NCBI GenBank assembly: GCA_051942205.1
Contig: JAVECO010000002.1
Coordinates: 248,001-312,000, forward strand
Length of the DNA: 64,000 nt
Direction of reading: 5' to 3'
DNA from: Coniocarpon cinnabarinum
Taxonomy: Eukaryota
How positions within the stretch are numbered: the first letter of the stretch is position 1; each line of letters begins with the position of its first letter. Positions 59,523 through 64,000 of the stretch are shown here, piece by piece. The translations under genes were made by a program, and so were the position numbers. The notes below the pieces were generated by a model. The model was not told the origin of the DNA. It searched no databases and saw nothing but the letters and a program-made list of their open reading frames with translations.

Positions 59523-61217
59523 ATGAACGCAAGCAGACTTTCCGCTCGGGTTGCATCGCAAAGAGTCAAGATTTTGAATTCGAGATCTTCAAATGCTTTT
59601 ACATGCAATCGGCCAGAAGCTCTTGCACCTTTGCAGGGCTTTCAAAAGAGAGCCTGCATACATAGTCGCAATGTCCGAGGGTATCGTCGTCCAACTCGAG
59701 CGGTGCAGTTTTTTTCCCCGCTCGCTATAGCGATTTCTCTGCTATCCGCTTGCTGCTTTGCCACTGCTGAAGCTTATGCTGAGTCTGCGCCTGCACCCCG
59801 GCACATAAGATTGTCTGAAGTGCGTGAACATGGAGGAAATGCGGAGCGCGTCTGGGTCATTAAAGGGGAGTGTGTATATGATATTACAGATTGGATACCG
59901 AACCATCCCGGCGGTGAGGTTATTCTGAGAGCGGCAGGAAACAATATCGATCAGTACTGGGACATATTCAGCATCCACCAAAAGCAAGACGTATACGACA
60001 TTCTGGAGCAATATTTGATAGGCGTTATCGATCCGCAGGATCTGATTGATGGCAAGGTTCCTGACGATGCTATCGACGATCCTTTCAAGACGGACCCAGA
60101 GCGCGATGAGCGCTTGAAAATTTTAAGCTCTCGACCCTGCAATGCAGAAACGCCGCAGAACGAGCTCGATCAATTCATCACACCAAATGAAGTATTCTAC
60201 GTACGCAACCACCTTTGGACCCCATATTTCAAAACAGTAGATGACTACAAACTGACTGTTGAATTGAATGACGGCGAGGAGAAAGAATATACCCTGGACG
60301 AACTTCGCACACGGTTTGCCAAGCATACTGTGACAGCAGTGCTGCAATGCTCAGGTAATCGACGTTCTCACATGAACGCAGGCTCAAGACAAACCCAGGG
60401 CTTGGCATGGGGCGTTGGAGCGATCGGAAACGCCGAGTGGACTGGAGTGCGACTGCGTGACGTGCTGAAAGACGCAGGTTTGGCGATTGACGAACTTCCA
60501 GACGACGTAAAGCACGCTCAGTTCTCGGGCTCAGAAGCATACGGTGCATCCATTCCGATTGAGAAGGCAGTCGACAAGCGTGGTGATGTTCTTTTAGCTT
60601 ACGAAATGAATGGCAAGGAGCTTCCACAAGACCATGGCTATCCATTGCGTGTCATTGTGCCGGGACACGTGGCAGCACGAAGCGTGAAGTGGGTCAAACG
60701 GATCGTTGCAGCTGAAGAAGAGTCTCAGTCTCAGTGGCAGCAACGCGACTACAAATGTTTTGGACCGAATCAGTCATCCGGTGATATTGACTGGGCTCAG
60801 GCACCCGCCATTCAGGAGCTACCTGTCCAAAGCGCCTTCACCAAAATGGAGGAATTGCCCGGCAAGAATAGGAATCTGCTTGAGGTCTACGGCATGAATC
60901 AGGATGCGATCTCTTTGCAAGGCTATGCATTCTCCGGCGGCGGTCGCAGGATCATCCGCGTAGATATCAGCGCTGATGATGGCAAGACCTGGAAGCAAGC
61001 CGAACTCATTCGGGAGGAGCACCACGGTTACAAGGCTTGGTCGTGGCAGCGCTGGCGGATAGCGATCCCTAGAGATCAAGCTGGACGATGGTTCACGGTC
61101 AAGGCCGTCGATGAAGCGTATCAGGCGCAGCCAGAGAGCCATGAGTCTAACTGGAATTTCAGGGGAAACCTTACCACAGCTTGGCACCGCATTAGATACG
61201 AACGTCCTGAAATCTGA
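59523..61217 (+). CDS. Mitochondrial sulfite oxidase (cytochrome b5 + Moco + dimerisation domains)
   Basis: Bipartite presequence, VYDITDW...HPGG b5 domain, FYVRNH, LQCSGNRR (Moco Cys), DHGYPLR...PG...ARSVKW, GYA.SGGGR.I.RVD and WN.RG. Confidence 0.96.
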   Translation: MNASRLSARVASQRVKILNSRSSNAFTCNRPEALAPLQGFQKRACIHSRNVRGYRRPTRAVQFFSPLAIAISLLSACCFATAEAYAESAPAPRHIRLSEVREHGGNAERVWVIKGECVYDITDWIPNHPGGEVILRAAGNNIDQYWDIFSIHQKQDVYDILEQYLIGVIDPQDLIDGKVPDDAIDDPFKTDPERDERLKILSSRPCNAETPQNELDQFITPNEVFYVRNHLWTPYFKTVDDYKLTVELNDGEEKEYTLDELRTRFAKHTVTAVLQCSGNRRSHMNAGSRQTQGLAWGVGAIGNAEWTGVRLRDVLKDAGLAIDELPDDVKHAQFSGSEAYGASIPIEKAVDKRGDVLLAYEMNGKELPQDHGYPLRVIVPGHVAARSVKWVKRIVAAEEESQSQWQQRDYKCFGPNQSSGDIDWAQAPAIQELPVQSAFTKMEELPGKNRNLLEVYGMNQDAISLQGYAFSGGGRRIIRVDISADDGKTWKQAELIREEHHGYKAWSWQRWRIAIPRDQAGRWFTVKAVDEAYQAQPESHESNWNFRGNLTTAWHRIRYERPEI

Positions 61218-62874
61218 TGAGTTGGCCAAGCGAAACAGACTAGGTCTCCGTCCTCTTGAGCGTGTGTTTAATGGAGCGCCCAGTCTTTCGATGTTACGCG
61301 TACTGTAAGACGTTGACACTACTTGCAGATCGAAGTAGCTCCCGTCAACATCCGTTTGGTTGATTTTCTCTCACTCCGTGGCGCTCCGCAAATTGCCCTG
61401 CACTTCGCTCAGGGACATACAAGTCGGTCGACCACTCGCAAGCATTTCTGCGCTGTTAGCAAGGGTCAATCAATGTCGCAAACGAGAGATTGGTGCAGGA
61501 GCAAGCACTTGGCTAGATTTCACTCTGTCGAGCATAGCTACATCACACCGCCCTTTGCGATGCCAGCAACGCTCGGCGATTACTTTCAAAGACCGCCGAG
61601 TGTTCTGGAAGTTCTCCCAGGAACAAAATTTGAGTGTGGAGTACCCCGTGCTGTGGTAAGGCAAAGGGCTGTGTGAGCAGAAGAGCCGCACGAATTTTGA
61701 ATAGCTGAGGCGGGCGATCTCGGTGTGCCGCAAAAGCGATGCGGCGCACCGGGGCAGCGCGAGGAACGAGGACAAGAATAAAATTCGCGCACTGAGCGCT
61801 AGCTTGAGACGTGGAAACTACCTCAAAGCACTATTGAGTATGGTCTGTGGTCTGGAGAGGCCTCGCAGCGGGACAGGATTGGCGCAAATGCAGCGCCCAA
61901 CAGGTCAGCAGCCGTGAGTCCGGCACGGTGAGATTGCCCTCATTTACATGGAAGCTACTCCGAGATTGGGCTGGGTGACGGCGTGGGCTCACCTCGAATC
62001 TTGCAGCACGACTGGGCCCCTTTGAGAAGGCTGCTGGCGAGGCTCGGCAGGATGGATGGAGGGATATGGAGGGATTGATGCTTGCCTGGCCACGCCTTTG
62101 TAGACACTGGCACCCACACCACTCGATCTGAGCCTGGCGGTGTATCGCAGCGGGGATGCACGGTGCGATGATGCTGCAGTCACGCCACGGTGGACGAGGC
62201 CGCACGCACGATCCCATCTCGCGAATTGCGCCCGTGTCCATTGAGCTCTGACAGAGGGTGCCGGTCCGTAATTCGCGCAGATGACGTCGGGGGTCCGAGC
62301 GCCTGCTGGTCGAAAAGGGCGAGGGTGATTCCAACAGACTGCGTGCCATTGGCTGCGGCGTCTGGGTGTCATCAGGCCCGGGTGGAGCCGGCAGAGCTTG
62401 GCCCCTCGCTGCGAGCGTGTCCGGGCGGCGGGCGCGGGTGCGTGAGAGGCCTTCGTGCTTCTCGGTGTTGCCAGTTCTCCGGCGTCTCATCACCGCCAGA
62501 CCAGCGCCGTCATCGGTCCAGCGCGTCCTGAGCCACCGTCGGGGGGGATGGCACGTCGCAAACACCCTCTGAAGCTGCACGGCGCGGCGCGGCAGGCGAC
62601 GGCCATGTCTGAGAGGCATCAAACTCAGTATGGGAGCTTGTCGTGGCTCTGGAAAGGGTGGTGGCGTGTGCTGTGCATCATTGAGTCGAGTGGAGCTAGC
62701 TCTGTCTCGCATTGACTGGGGGACTCTGCTCTTCCCCGCCGCCCGATCGAGCGTGCTGTGGTGCCCACACGCTGCCGGATCGTGGGCTGACATGGGCCTC
62801 TGTCGCAGCGCGTCTCGGCAACGCTCTGACGCTGGTTGCGTGGCCGGCGAGAGCACAGCGCAGCAAGTCAGCGC

Positions 62875-62921
62875 GAGAGACAGAGAGAGGGAGAGCTGTG
62901 TGCTCTGTGCTCTGTGCTCTG
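62875..62921 (+). repeat. GA-rich tract followed by (CTGTGCT)n repeat in the PMA1 upstream region
   Basis: gagagacagagagagggagag followed by tgtgctc tgtgctc tgtgctc tg. Confidence 0.6.
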
Positions 62922-63362
62922 ACGGCGCAGATACGGCCCGCGCTCAGCAAAAAGCCCCAGTGGTGTGCCCACGACGAGCGCGGGTTTTGCCCCAACGGGC
63001 AGTCTGGGGCAGGGTCGTATGCGCTAGCGCCGTCAAAATTGAACCAGTCCCCTCGAGCACCGCTCGCTTTTCCTCTCCCTCCTCTTCTTGCTCTTCCTCC
63101 CTCACGGCATCTCTTGGTAGTTCAATCCCTCACATTTGTCGACGGTGCTTGGACAAGCGCTCAGACAGTGTGTCCGCTACTAATACGCCTGGATGCGCCT
63201 CTGCCTCGCATTCTTCTAGCTGTTCCCTTCGACATTCCTAACAGCTGAGACTCTTGCCTCCGAGCGTGCCGAGCTCCGACTTGTTTACTTTCGCCCACAG
63301 GGCCGCAAAGAGCTCTCACCCCCTTCACTTCTCCATTCCGCACGCTCCTTTGATCGCCCGCC

Positions 63363-64000
63363 ATGAGCAACGATCCTCCCAATCACCTCAAGTTCGATCT
63401 TGAGAATGGTATGTCCCCGTGTCAGCCACTGTCGCCGTTTCCATGCTAACTCGCCTCTGCACAGCTCCTGGTGATGTATGTACAGCTTCGAACACCGGTC
63501 CGAATGCGCCTCTAACCATGCATACAGGAGAAGGGTGGGCTTGGTGAAGGAGCCGCACCTGGTGGTCAGTACCGAATGCCAACATCCGCAACCAATCTGA
63601 TTATTGACGTCGTCGCACTCCAGGCAATGATGAGTACTCGAACCTTGTGCGATACATCTCCACATATCGCGATGGCCGTAGGAAATCCACCATCAGTCTT
63701 GGGTCCGGAAAGGCTATGGACGACGAGGAAAAGAAGCCGCCAAAATGGATGTTCTGGAAGAAGCAAAAGGAAAATACCGGTGAAGGTTTCGAGGGTATGC
63801 AACCGCTGCACACGGTGTTTTGGTGTGCAGTGCATGTACTGACTTGTCTCTTAAAGTGCCTGAGGAGTGGTACAACACCGACATTAAGAACGGCCTAACA
63901 GACAATGACATTGGCCCACGTCGAAAGGGCGCCGGCTTCAACGAACTCACCTCAGAAAAGCCGAACCCACTTATTCAGTTCATTGGCTACTTCCGAGGTC
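63363..64000 (+). CDS. PMA1: Plasma-membrane H+-ATPase (P3A), 5' part only
   Basis: Exons 63363..63408, 63465..63475, 63528..63564, 63624..63794 and 63857 onward splice in frame to ...DEYSNLVRYISTYRDGRR...VPEEWYNTDI..GL......RRK..GFNELTSEK.NP..QFIGYFRG. Confidence 0.93.

Noticed and set aside
49380..61217. Epoxide hydrolase and FMO as part of a secondary-metabolite cluster
   Set aside because: No PKS, NRPS, terpene synthase, transporter or cluster regulator nearby, and the genes are interleaved with housekeeping loci.
61831..63248. 341-aa, 203-aa and 178-aa ORFs upstream of PMA1
   Set aside because: GC-rich promoter DNA. The overlapping Arg/Ala/Pro/Cys-rich ORFs on both strands have no domain signal.

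Overview
Gene-dense 64 kb window from a filamentous ascomycete (Pezizomycotina), judged from short GT-AG introns with CTRAC-type branch points and fungal-type orthologues. About 30 protein-coding loci can be supported. Most are housekeeping genes: cysteinyl-tRNA synthetase, Tlg1 SNARE, TAF6, TRM61, DLD2, inositol 5-phosphatase, CHY zinc finger, PRE6, ceramide glucosyltransferase, SHP1, MIM1, OXA1, PhoD phosphatase, a POT1-like OB-fold protein, NDK1, FMO, sulfite oxidase and the 5' end of PMA1. There are also a PL3 pectate lyase, an epoxide hydrolase, a beta-lactamase-family hydrolase and a large BIRC6/UBE2Z-like E2. Accessory-looking patches (about 6.4-12.4 kb, 16.2-21.8 kb, 41.1-43.9 kb, 46.9-49.3 kb) hold orphan or damaged genes. 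No rRNA, tRNA or CRISPR array was seen, and I found no unambiguous new multi-gene system. The best leads are: (i) a 94-codon in-frame acidic extension behind the E2 stop (TAG-CAG), suggesting readthrough or recent truncation; (ii) the E2's divergent partner, a conserved uncharacterised protein with twin MluI boxes upstream; (iii) a RIP-mutated 455-bp MITE with 66-bp TIRs just upstream of the POT1-like gene; (iv) an FMO/sulfite oxidase pair with a CYS-3/MetR-type palindrome; (v) a frameshifted SRR1-like gene. Product calls come from motif recognition, not database searches.
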